Source of the DNA: Eledone cirrhosa
Lineage: Eukaryota
Direction: 5' to 3'
Length of the DNA: 64,000 bases
Assembly: GCA_964016885.1 (NCBI GenBank)
Contig: OZ024740.1
Coordinates: 304,420,001 to 304,484,000, forward strand
The notes under the pieces are model-generated. The model did not search any database. It saw only the letters and a program-made list of their open reading frames with translations, and was not told the origin of the DNA. Shown one piece after another: positions 1 to 11,136 of the stretch (position 1 is the first letter of the stretch; the number at the start of each line of letters is the position of its first letter). Both the position numbers and the translations under genes were made by a program.

Positions 1-3000
1 TAAATTTACTGGGGTGCAGTGCCTCTCTCTCCACCCTGATTCTCCTTCTAAAGTGATACTTAAAGAATGGAATCAATTGTTGTCCGGAGAGAAAGGCATC
101 TGTCCTCAGTCCTCTCAACCTCGTCCACCATATAACTTCTTTCACCATAGCCACCGTACAGAGGAAAACCGCCTCTCTTTCGTTTTTGAAAGAGTCTGGC
201 GGTTTGATTCTTACTATGGATTCGGCAGTCAACTGTATTTGTCCCATACGCGACAGCAGTTGTTCTGCATAGTTCCACAGGTCGCTTATGCCCGGGCAGT
301 GTACAATTGCGTGCAGAACTGTTTCAATGTCCTGCGCACATCTTGGACACGTCCTCTTGGACGGATCCTTGCCAGGGCGTCCGTGCCTGTAGATCTTGTC
401 ACGAACCGGTAGAGCTCCTCGGTAGCACTGCCAGGCCAGGGACCTCTGGAAGTTGTCCATAGGTCCCGGGCGGAAAGTCCTACCAAACATACTGGTGAGC
501 TCATCGTCTTCGACGCCCAGAGTCTCTCCGAGCACGTCGTCGCCCTTGTAACGTACAATCCCTCTATAGAATGTCGAAGTGGAGTATCCACTGATTGCTG
601 CGCCCGCTTGCCAGAGGACTGTGAGCGCCTGAGCGCATTCAATGTGCCAGGCGCCCATCGTTTTCCGTCTTTTCTTCACCCAGGACTGCAGCTCCGTTAG
701 CGAGACGAGCTGTGGGAAAGCCTGTCTCACAAACGGTGCCCACACCGGTTGGGGGTCGGTGAGGAATACCTGGAGATGCCGCAGCCTCAGCGCATGTTTG
801 CGCATCATCAGCCACGGCATTCCCAGCCCTCCGTTGGAAGGGTGCTGACAGCAGACGGATCTCCTCACCAGCGGAGCCTGCTTCTTCCACAGAAACTGGA
901 AGAGCATGCGTTCCATCTTGGCGAGGTGTTCACGGGGACAAGGCACGACAGTCAAGCGGTAGTAGATGACGGACGCTATGAAAGTGTTCGCCACCTCCGC
1001 TCGACCTTTCAAGGACAGTTTGCACTCTGCCCACTTCTGAGTGAGTGCAAACACCTTGGCCGTGACCTCGTTCCAGTTTTTCTCCACCTGGAGGTCTGGA
1101 CCGAACCAGACCCCGAGCAATTTCACCGGTCCGTCCGTCCAGCGTCCAACGACGCTGTCGGATGTCATCGGTTTGCCTCTCCACGTACCGAGTTGCAAAC
1201 CGACAGACTTGTCTGGGTTTAGTTTTGCTCCCGTCAGCGTTTCGTATTCTTTCAGTATGTTGCCGATCACCCCGATTTCCGAGGTGCTCGACACCATTAC
1301 TGTTACGTCGTCGGCATAAGCCGACGCCGCTTTGCGCAGTCCCGGTTCTAGGGGGATGCCCTGCAACAGCTCCAATTTCCGCAGTAGTGGCTCTAGAGTC
1401 AATACATACAGAATGGAGGAGAGAGGGCATCCCTGTCGAATGGAACGCGTGATTGCGAACGGCTCCGATAGGTAGCCGTTCACCTTGACCCTCGAGCAGA
1501 TGCTGGTGTGCATCGCCTCGATCCATCCTCTGAACACGGGACCGAAACCGGCCGCCTTGAGAACCGCTTCCAAGTATCGATGGTCGACCCTATCGAATGC
1601 CTTAGACTGATCCAAGTTGATCAGAGCCCCACCGAAGCCGGGTTTACTACCCACCCTCTCTATGATGTATCGCATGAGGTGGAGGTTGTCGTGTATGGAC
1701 CTGGTCGGGATTGCACACGTTTGCGCTTTCCCTACCAGGTTCTCGACGACAAGCGCCAACCTCGTCGCTAGCACCTTGGCCAAAATCTTTAACTCTGTGT
1801 TGAGCAGAGTTATGGGCCTGAAGTTGTTAATTTCGTCCCCCTTGTTCTCGTCTTTCCTGATCAGCGTTACTACGCCCTTGCCTGCAGAACTGGGAATTCT
1901 CCCGTTCTGCTGCCAATTGCAGTAGACGGCTTCGAGGACGCCAGAGAACAAGTCCGGCATGCCTATGTAAAATTCGTAGGGTAGACCATCTAGACCGGGT
2001 GACTTGCGTTTCCCGCAGCGGCCCAGAGCGTCCCGTATCTCAGTGTCCGTGATCGGTCTTTCGCAGAACTCGGCGTCCATGTTCGAGAGACGCGGCAGGC
2101 CGTCGAGGTATGAACTAAAGTCCATTGCCCCGTTCGGCTCACCGTCGTTCTGCTCAAACAGTCGCGCAAAGTGCCGCTGAAAGGCCGCACACATTTGCTT
2201 GGGGTCAAGTAGCACGCGTCCGTTTTGGTCTTTCAAAGACCGAATCGTGGACTTGTTGCCACTTTTTGCCTCCGCCACTCGGGCCCAGCTGACAGCTTTC
2301 GCTCCTTCGTTTCCTAGAGCACGTGTTTTGCTTCTGACCACACAGCCTTCGTGTTTCGCATCGAAGAACTGGTCCAGTGCCGTTCTCGACGCTAACACTC
2401 TAGCCGCGTTGCCACTTCTAAGTGCCTCCTCTACCTTGGCTACTAGTTCTCTTTCTATTCTGTTTTTCTCTAAGGCTAACTCTCTGCTATACCCTATCGA
2501 TTCTATTCTAATTGCTTTCTTGAGAGAGTACCACCATCTATTGTTGACGATGGCTCCCGTTAACTGTTGCTTGACTAGTTTACTTATCCGTTCACTGTAA
2601 GCTTTACGTGCCGGCAACGACACATTCAGCTTCCAGTATCCGGGACCCTGTCTATGTATTCTATCACGGTTGACTAAGCAGACGACTAACTTGTGATCTG
2701 AATAGGCAACCATGTGCATTCGTGGACAGCTTAACATATCCTTGTCCCGTTCTCTAATGAAGAACCTATCTAAATACGATCTAGATGTCCCACTGCGGTT
2801 TACCCACGTCCACTGTGGTGCAGTCGGGAAATCCAGTCGATACCTATCGGCCAGTTGGAATTGGCCGATTAAAGTTTTGAGGCTGTTGCACCCCGCTCTA
2901 CTGGGACATGCTCCCACATAGTCCCATCGTGCATCTAGGATACCATTCCAGTCCCCCACTAAAAGTAAGGAGCGAGACGTTCCCAGAAAAGACTCTAGAC

Positions 3001-3379
3001 GCTTAAAGAAGTCTGGCCGTGATTGCGATTGCCCGGTCGGGGCATAAACGGCCACCAGTCTGAAGGCTCCACCTCCGATACTGTTCACGTCTAGGACTAC
3101 CAGTCTACCCTCCGGGTCCAAGTGTACTTGCTGTACTCCGACGTCCAGGTTCTTCCGAAACATAACAGCCACTCCACCTCCACCTCCTGGCTGACAGAGA
3201 GATGCGTAGATCTCAAAGTCGTCGAAGATGGGGGTTAGTTGCTGCCTGTTGTGGATTCTGGACTCGGTGATGGCTATCACATCCATACTGTGTGACCTAA
3301 GGTCGTTTAAAAGTTGGCCCTGTTTCCAGGGCATCCCTAGGCCACGCACATTCACGGTTCCAACTCGTAAACCAGCCAT
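1..3379 (-). CDS. Tx1/L1-clade non-LTR retrotransposon ORF2 (APE endonuclease - reverse transcriptase - CCHC), apparently uninterrupted, runs off the left edge
   Basis: ATG at 3379-3377 (MAGLRVGTVNVRGLG...). The same frame reads GDWN, YLDRFF, SDHK, GPGYWKLN, SPGLDGLP, KAFDRVDH, RQGCPLS, YADDVT and CPRC..ETVLHAIVHC, and is still in frame at position 2 (...EREALHPSKF). The ORF track lists no ORF in this frame, as expected if no stop occurs inside the window. Confidence 0.93.
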   Translation of the reverse strand, partial: MAGLRVGTVNVRGLGMPWKQGQLLNDLRSHSMDVIAITESRIHNRQQLTPIFDDFEIYASLCQPGGGGGVAVMFRKNLDVGVQQVHLDPEGRLVVLDVNSIGGGAFRLVAVYAPTGQSQSRPDFFKRLESFLGTSRSLLLVGDWNGILDARWDYVGACPSRAGCNSLKTLIGQFQLADRYRLDFPTAPQWTWVNRSGTSRSYLDRFFIRERDKDMLSCPRMHMVAYSDHKLVVCLVNRDRIHRQGPGYWKLNVSLPARKAYSERISKLVKQQLTGAIVNNRWWYSLKKAIRIESIGYSRELALEKNRIERELVAKVEEALRSGNAARVLASRTALDQFFDAKHEGCVVRSKTRALGNEGAKAVSWARVAEAKSGNKSTIRSLKDQNGRVLLDPKQMCAAFQRHFARLFEQNDGEPNGAMDFSSYLDGLPRLSNMDAEFCERPITDTEIRDALGRCGKRKSPGLDGLPYEFYIGMPDLFSGVLEAVYCNWQQNGRIPSSAGKGVVTLIRKDENKGDEINNFRPITLLNTELKILAKVLATRLALVVENLVGKAQTCAIPTRSIHDNLHLMRYIIERVGSKPGFGGALINLDQSKAFDRVDHRYLEAVLKAAGFGPVFRGWIEAMHTSICSRVKVNGYLSEPFAITRSIRQGCPLSSILYVLTLEPLLRKLELLQGIPLEPGLRKAASAYADDVTVMVSSTSEIGVIGNILKEYETLTGAKLNPDKSVGLQLGTWRGKPMTSDSVVGRWTDGPVKLLGVWFGPDLQVEKNWNEVTAKVFALTQKWAECKLSLKGRAEVANTFIASVIYYRLTVVPCPREHLAKMERMLFQFLWKKQAPLVRRSVCCQHPSNGGLGMPWLMMRKHALRLRHLQVFLTDPQPVWAPFVRQAFPQLVSLTELQSWVKKRRKTMGAWHIECAQALTVLWQAGAAISGYSTSTFYRGIVRYKGDDVLGETLGVEDDELTSMFGRTFRPGPMDNFQRSLAWQCYRGALPVRDKIYRHGRPGKDPSKRTCPRCAQDIETVLHAIVHCPGISDLWNYAEQLLSRMGQIQLTAESIVRIKPPDSFKNEREAVFLCTVAMVKEVIWWTRLRGLRTDAFLSGQQLIPFFKYHFRRRIRVEREALHPSKF

Positions 3380-3420
3380 GTTGGTGAAGAAAAGTTGGAG
3401 AAAAAGGACGAAAGGTGCAC

Positions 3421-3578
3421 TTACCTTTTCGTTTCCTGGAGATCGGGTTGTTCAATCTCCATTTGGGTGCTGGATGGGGTGTTGGGTGGGGTGGGGAAAC
3501 CTTTCAACAGGACGCGGTTGATGGGTTTGTGGCAGGGGTTGCCCACGTCCTGTGAAAATTTAATTTTCAGGTCTTTAT
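3421..3578 (-). mobile_element. Probable C-terminal remnant of the Tx1 element's ORF1 (element 5'-truncated near 3578)
   Basis: Open stretch NKDLKIKFSQDVGNPCHKPINRVLLKGFPTPPNTPSSTQMEIEQPDLQETKR* ends 41 nt before the ORF2 ATG. Composition switches abruptly to an AT-rich minisatellite at about 3578. Confidence 0.5.
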
Positions 3579-3781
3579 TGGAATAGAAATATATTGGTGT
3601 AAAGTTGGGAATAGAAATATATTGGTGTAAAGTTGGAATAGAAATATATTGGTGTAAAGTTGGAATAGAAATATATTGGTGTAAAGTTGGGAATAGAAAT
3701 ATATTGGTGTAAAGTTGGAATAGAAATATATTGGTGTAAAGTTGGGAATAGAAATATATTGGTGTAAAGTTGGAATAGAAA
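3578..3781. repeat. 26-27 bp minisatellite, about 7.5 copies
   Basis: Unit TTGG(G)AATAGAAATATATTGGTGTAAAG repeated head-to-tail. Confidence 0.95.
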
Positions 3782-4159
3782 AATAATATTTGAAAAGATA
3801 AGAAGTAGTAAAGTTAAATAATAGTAGAAAGTGTTTACAATTCGTTTTTCTCACAATGAGGCTTTTAATCTAGCAGTAACTCTCTAAATAAAACTTACAC
3901 ACTGCAGATGCATCTTTTTCTGTTGTTCATTGCTGCACATAATTTTAAAGTAAATCATGTTACAAATTAAAACCTCAAAATTCTTATCCATGTGATTTAT
4001 AAAAATCCTCTTCCCTACATTAATATCATTTCACACCACAATAAGTGAGTACAACTTCATGTTTCCTTGAACATGGCAAAGATTCTCTTAACTCACTGAG
4101 ACAAACTTCACTTACTCACTTGCCATTATTTGACCAACAATCTACCGACTCATCAACTT

Positions 4160-4298
<139 letters not shown>

Positions 4299-4559
4299 AA
4301 ATGAAAAACATCCATCAGGCAACCATCCCAACAAAACAACTTTTCTAACAACTCTGTTAAACTCTTTAGCCCTGACAGACAATCTCTGTAGTGTTGGTGG
4401 CACAATAAAATGCACTTACTTCACACTGTAAAGTGATTAGTGATACAAATGGCATTCATCCAGCAAAACCACATCAAAACATGAACTGTACACACAGAGT
4501 AAAAGATCATAACTGCATATACAGGGCTCACACTAACCATGTTAGTGCTGTGCATAGTA

Positions 4560-6330
4560 GTGTGGAAAAATATAGCCATGTGCAAGAATTGCTTGAATAT
4601 CATCAAGCAATCACACACTTTCTTTCAGGTACAAAAGAAAGAGAGACCCAAAGAAAACCCAACTACAGTTGATCAGGTAACAAATTTCAATATGAAAGGT
4701 AGGTCTGGTGAAATTGTGGAGGTGCAGGAGTGGATACATGTAAATGTGTGCTGTGTGCAAGATATATGATGGTGTGGAGCCACAGCCAAACTCCTCTGGA
4801 TTGCCTCAAGGCTGCTGGGAAAACATACACCAGAGGGGGTAATCCTGAACAACACGCAGCACTGTCTGGTTACGGTTCCCACAGTGACATGCTGGGCTGT
4901 CTTTCATTTTCCATCGATGGAGATGATGGACTGTCCTGGCATGTGTTGTGCAGATCCAATTAAGGTACGCCGATTGATTTAGGTAGTTAACAATGATGGG
5001 GTAGGTGGTTCAGGCACAGTTAGCTGAAAATTAGATAGATAAAATAATTGAGGTATTCAGGGTATACGAAAGAATTATCAAGCTTAGATTAATCATAAGT
5101 AATGCAACAGCCACTATTGAACATTTATATAAGGACCTATTATGGAGCACCTCCTAAACAAGTGACTATATTATTATGGGGGACAACCTTAATGGAATTG
5201 TCAGGCAACATCAGGATGGCTACTCTTGGATACATGCTGGCTCTGAGTATGGCTTGAGGAATGGGGACAGATCAAAGCTTCTGAATTTATGTGATGCAAA
5301 TGACCTAACCATCACTGACTCCAGGAAACCAGCCAGCCACTTGGTCATCTACCAATCAAGTAAATATGCAAGCCAAAAGGACTTTACACTCAAAATAAAA
5401 GTGGCTAGAAAGATAGTTGTGAATACCAGAGAACAGTGTATCACTCAATATAGAAAATAAAATACCAGTAATGCACTGGATAATTGCTGGCCTTGTGCCT
5501 AAAGTAGAAACAATATAGACTAGTTACTAGATGTAGAGGGTCTTGAATTAAAAAGATCTTTTTTAAAAAATATAATTCATAGATGTTCTGCATGATCTGT
5601 ATAAGGAGGAAGATATAGATGCCTATGATATGGACTATCAGGGATTGTTGCTGTGATACTGAAAATGGTGAAGTCAGACATGAGTTTGGCATTCACATTA
5701 TTATCTTGGTAGTACATGACGGTGTCATACTCAATGACTGGCATAGCAAAATAATCCTTCATTCTACAAAGAGAGGAGATTCTCTAGAAAGGAGCAATTA
5801 CAGAGGCACGAAACTGATGGATCATGACAGGAAGTTACATAAAAAAATATTAATTAGCATGCCTAATCAGTAGATAAGATGTAGTTTGAATTTGTGCCAA
5901 AGGAGAGTAATGTTTCTTGATAGAGTGAGTAGATCGGAGATCAGAGTCACTCCAGGTAGAACCACTACTTCTCCAAATTTAGAGATCACAGCTCCGATAC
6001 TATGGGCATATGGTTAGAATCACTGGACAGATTTTACAGGCAAAACCAAGTGGCAGGAGACTCAGAGCAAGATGGTTGGATAACATCCATGAGCTTGGCT
6101 GGTCTTGCTTGAGGATCCAGCTGGATCAGTTGCTTCTGATAGGGCCTGCTGGCAGGAGTGTTTGAGGACTTTGCCCTCACAACCTTCTCAGGAATAAGTG
6201 GCCAAAAAAAGAAGGAGAGTACCACTAATGTCCTCTTTTTAGTGAAACAACTACAAGGGAAGTTCCTAACTAGGAGTAAGCTACAATATTTAGTTTTCCT
6301 TGATCTAGAGAAGGCCTTTGATAGAGTATA
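4560..6330 (+). mobile_element. Old, fragmented RTE-clade LINE with nested insertions
   Basis: Degenerate APE/RT peptides (EIVEV..VNVCCVQ, GDNLNG..., LCDANDLTI, RGDSLERSNYRGTKLMD, FLDLEKAFDRV) are colinear with the younger RTE at 49250. Confidence 0.75.
5910..6211 (+). mobile_element. 3' fragment of an Expander/Rex3-like RTE inserted in the older RTE, with a 10-bp TSD
   Basis: Flanked by AAGGAGAGTA at 5900-5909 and 6212-6221; the body matches 42060-42390. Confidence 0.75.
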
Positions 6331-9300
6331 ATAATAATAATAATGAAATTATTGTGTACAGTACTCAGGTGCACTACAACTCGTCAAAGGTGCATGTATA
6401 GTACATAGAATAATATATAAATGTCAGGGAAGCGAATAGTGTATGAGTCATGATATACATGTGTGCGGGTGCATGGAGGGGGAATATTAGGTGCAGTGTT
6501 GACAAATCTCAGGAAGCATGGAGGTTTTAAAGGATGCAGTGTCTCGACAGCTAATAGCTGATGCAGGTAGTTTGTTCCATGCATTAGCAACCCTGAGCGT
6601 GAAAAAATGTTTCTGAAAGTCATGAGAGCTGTGCTGTTTTCTGACTTTGTGGGCATGCCCACGTGTGCTAAAAACATGGAAATCAAAAAGGTACTCAGCG
6701 ATGTTGTTAATAATTTTGTGGGATTTTACCAAGTCAGTTGCCAGACGTCGGAGCTTCAATGTATCCATGCCCAGGGAAGCAAGGCGTTCAGAGTATGGTA
6801 GATGCCTGATGGAGGGTATTCGCTTGTTTGCACGTCTCTGAACAGTTTCCAGGTGGTCAATGTTCTGAGCTAGATAGGGGTTCCAGACTGGTCATGCAAA
6901 TTCTAAGTGTGGCCGCACCATAGCTATATACAGCTTTAAATAGATAGCTGGCAAGCAGCTGACAAAGGTCTTGCTGAGTGATGCCAAGACACCCTCGGCC
7001 TTCTTGACAATTTTAGAGACATGCCTCATCTAATGCAAATCGCTGCTGACCATAATGCTCAGGTCACGTTCACAAGAAGACTTCTTGATATTAGTGTTGT
7101 GGAGGTAGTATGTGGACGCTGGATTTTTACTCCCAAAATGCATGGTGGTAGACTTGTCAGCTAGCTTGAGTTGCCAGTCTGTGATCCATTGTTGCATTGT
7201 GTCCAGGTCAGATTGCAGGCAAGATCTATAGTGTTCAGGATCTGTCCTTTTTATCTCAAGGTACAGCTTGATGTCATCTGCATATTTCAGTACTGTGGCA
7301 TTCTTTAAGTTGCCATTTAAGTCATTAATATATGCCACAAACAAAAGGGGGCTAAGAACAGATCCCTGTGGTACACCAGATGATATCTCATATGGTGAGG
7401 AATGCTGTCCTAGAACCGTGACTACCAGTTAAAAAGATCATCCCTCACACCCATTGCAGAGAATTTTGCCATAAGTCTTTTGTGTGGCACAGAATTGAAA
7501 GCTTTAGCAAAGTAGCAAAGTCAAGGTAAACAACATCCACCCATGAGCCGCCATCAGTGATCTGGGTGAAGTCTTCAAGAAACTCAATGAGTTGATCACA
7601 GCAGCTGGAGTTAGGGATAAATCCAAATTGCGAGGGCTGGATAAGGCTGTGAGAGTTCCAGAAGTTCCAAAGCATTTCTCTGACACAGGATTCCATCAGT
7701 TTGGCAATGCAGCTAGTAAGACTGACTGGATGATAGTTCACAGGTGATGTGCGGTCACCCTTTTTGAACAGAGGAATGACACTGGCAGTTTTCCACTGTT
7801 CTGGAGTAGCACCGTTGTTCAGACAGAATTGGAAGAAGCGTGATAGCTGGTGCAGAAGGAAATACCCACCATGTTTAAGAAGCAGGTATGTAACACCATC
7901 AAGACCAGGAGAGGCATGGATGCATTTATTTTTAAGGGGACGTCGCAGCAATGCAGGTGTAAATTCCATAGTTGTAATAGAATCCGATGTCAGAGGTAGT
8001 GGAAACGGTACACTCTGGTCTTCAATAGTGAAAATGCCTGCATAGCATTCAGCAATGAGCTCTGCTCATTCCTTGGGGTCGTCAGTAACCTGGCTTGTGT
8101 GGGGATTGCGAAGAGGACCAACTGGAGAGTGAGGCCTCTGCTTTGAGTGAACATACTTCCAGAACACCTTACTGTCAGGGCCGGTTGCTATGCGCTGCTC
8201 AAATTGAAGCACTGCCTTTTTTGTCACCTGTTTGAGATGGTTGGATGATTTATTTCGCTTCTTCCTATTGATATCTCATTTATGCAGTTTGTACTCACAT
8301 TCAGCATTACGACGTTCTTTCTGGCAAGTCGGACTGCTGCAGTCTCCCAAATTGCACTTTTGGGATGTTTTTTCTGCTTACATGGCACCAATGCTGCACA
8401 TGCTGTCCATATTGAGCTCAGGATGTTCTGGAGTACAGTGTTGATATCTCTAGAGTCGTAGAACTCAAGCCAGTTTGGATGTTGCAACTCGGTGCAGTAA
8501 CAGTTCCAGTCTGCTTTATTCCAGTCAAAGTGAGCAGCTTAGAGATGGTTATGGTTTTTGTTACTGCCCATGAAGGACAGATTGGCAATGATCATAGCAT
8601 GATCAGAGTCACCTAAAGGTTCCTCAGTAGTAACACTAATAACCGTTTCAGGAGTAGTGGTGAAGAATAGGTCCAAAGTGTTGTCCCCTCTTCTTGGGGA
8701 GGTGACTACTTGGGACCAGTTCGAGTCCAGCACTAGCGCAAGGAAGTCATTTGCACTTGGCGGCCAACGAAAGGTTTCCCAGTCAATCTCAGGGTGATTG
8801 AAGTCCCCTGCAATAAAAACATAAGTGGCTGTTTTCCTGGCAGCAACTCTGAGGATATCACAAAGTTGAGTGTCCTGATGTAATTTGGGGGACGGTGAAC
8901 GACTCGAAGTAGCAGTGTTGACATGGTCATACATATATCGCAGAAAAATACTTCCTGCTGCGATTAGTTCAACTCAACACAAGGAATTTGCCGAAAATTT
9001 GACCGAACGTAGACCATTACACCACCTCCACGATAATTAATGCGGTCTTTACGAAACAAGTTGTAGCCAGTTATGCTGAAAACCCCATCACAGAGTAAGG
9101 AATGTGCCCATGTTTCCGTGACTGTAATGAAGTCAGGGTTGATACTTTTTTGACATAGGAGTCAAAAATATGAATCTTATTGCATAGACTACGTGCATTC
9201 AAGGACAACAATTTGTACCTAGATTCCAGTCTATGATTATGTGCTGGGGATGACAGGTTGTTCTGATTTAGTTTCACAGAGTTTTTTCAGTTTTTTTATT

Positions 9301-9640
9301 GTCAGTTGTTGTGGGTAGTGTTTTCAGACCAGCTGGTATCTCTTTTCCATGTTTCACCAGCCTTAATAAACTTCCATATCTGCCCATCATCATGTAGGCT
9401 GAAGCTTTCATGTTCTGCCGAGCTGCGGTCTAAGGAAGCTGAAATGCGCAGCTTTGGGCGGACATCAGGTGGAAGACCAGGGCGTGTTCAGAAGGCAATC
9501 CGACTTTCACGCCTAGCTTTATTAGAGGCCAAAAGATATGAACGTGCCTCAGTTGAAAAAGACAGTCTAATTAGCCTAATTAGTATGACAATCTGTAGCT
9601 TGGTTGTAGATGATTAGTTTGTGAAAGCAGTGCAAGCCAT
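6330..9640 (-). mobile_element. CR1-like LINE, decayed (ORF1 tail, APE-RT ORF2, 3' UTR, (ATT)n tail)
   Basis: Minus-strand peptides LNARSLCNK, IAGDFNHPEIDW, LDLFFT, LGDSDH, SPGLDG, QFGF, VYLDFA.KAF, GVPQGSVLSPLLF, KYADDIKLY and KHFFTLRVANAWNKLP, with several frameshifts and stops. A (TAA)n tract at about 6330-6345 marks the 3' end. Confidence 0.88.
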
Positions 9641-10699
9641 GTACAGAATCGAATGTCCTCACAGTAAATTGCTGAATACTCAATGAATGGGAATTTCGGT
9701 TTTAAAAATGTGAGGATAGTCTCAGTTGATTGGCGGGTTTTCTCTCACTCACCATATTCAGAATGCAAAACTCATCATCTTTGAACATCCGTTACTCTAT
9801 GCTGGTATGGGTCGATACGTCGTTGCAGTACTTCATCAGAACTGATGTTCACTCAGACAAGCCGAGGGACGTCTTACATTTTCCAGTTTTGGCGTGTATT
9901 TTGGTTTTTCTTAACAAGTCTAATGAGCAGATCGGGCTGGAGTTGAGTCTATAGCATTTACATGGATCCTGAGCCACCCATCTGTGAAACGGTCGTAACT
10001 GTGCATTATCAATAAAAACCTTAATGTGAAACCTCATTTTGTTCTTTATATGTGTGTTTGTAGATAAGATACATGAATATATATATGCGTGCGTGTGTAT
10101 TTATAACAAAACAAGTTATTCTGAATTCATTATTCCTTTAAGAAAGATAGATACATAGACAAAAATATGAAGATAGAGAGAGAAGACAAAAACAAAGTTT
10201 GAAACAGAAAAATCTACCGTTTAAAGTGAACAATAAAGCCACAGTTATATAATATACAAGAAATAAAACGAATATAAAGCAACTATGATTATTTATCTTT
10301 GAAAGTATAAGATGAATGCAATAAACGATATTCATCAGTATACAAACATGTGTGTCTCTATCCAAATGTTTACATCCATCACATAACTACAGGCAGATTT
10401 GTAACAAATAGAAACACTTATCAAGATTTATTTCTTTATTATGAAGCATATCTTTAATAACTGTACATATTTATTATACGAAAATGCACAAAAATATACA
10501 TAGTATTGATCAATTTTCAACAAAAATTTTTGGAAAAACTTTAAAGTTTAAAAAAATATTTTCTCAGTAAGTACTTTTAGTTCTTTATTGCACTCTCTAG
10601 TATCTGAAGTTAAAAATCTATGTGTAGCCCAAACAAACATGGCTGACTATATAGGACAACTTGTTTATGAATAAGGACGAAATAGGAATTTTTCATATT

Positions 10700-11040
10700 A
10701 TGTGTGGCAATCTTTTGTCGCTAGAATAACGTCGGAACACTAACCGAGAATATTTTTTAGTCAGGAAATTCATTTATCTTTTACTTATTCGCATTGATTA
10801 CACATTTTATGGGGGAAACACGTCAGCACTGCTCGTAACGAGATGCTTACGGGAAGAATTTTGACCTGGATTCTGGCATAACCAGCCGTCTGGAGAATTT
10901 TGGCCAGATCATTATACTTGTTATATATGTGCATTGTTGAACGCTGAACTAATTCATTTTTCTTTTAAACGCCGCCCTTTTCTTTTTGAACTCTATCATT
11001 TTAACATTTTGATTTGGATGAATTGCTGATTTCTACTGAA
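10700..11040 (+). promoter_or_regulatory. Likely promoter / 5' UTR region of the APLF-like gene
   Basis: Repeat-free and relatively CpG-retaining sequence immediately upstream of the first coding exon; GCCGCCC at 10971. The TSS cannot be located. Confidence 0.4.
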
Positions 11041-11136
11041 ATGTCAGGCATCGTTCTAAGACCAATTGATGGAGGCGAATCTATCACCGTTCCTACAGAT
11101 TCACAGACCGTTATCGGTCGAGGCAACTTTTTACAG
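11041..11136 (+). CDS. APLF: APLF-like gene, coding exon 1 (FHA N-terminus)
   Basis: MSGIVLRPIDGGESITVPTDSQTVIGRGNFLQ followed by a GTAATT donor, phase 0. Resembles the remembered APLF start MSGGFELQPRDGG...TVIGRG. Confidence 0.88.

Noticed and set aside
14-3586. Many short ORFs listed in the track
   Set aside because: They are alternative-frame or antisense shadows of the single Tx1 ORF2.
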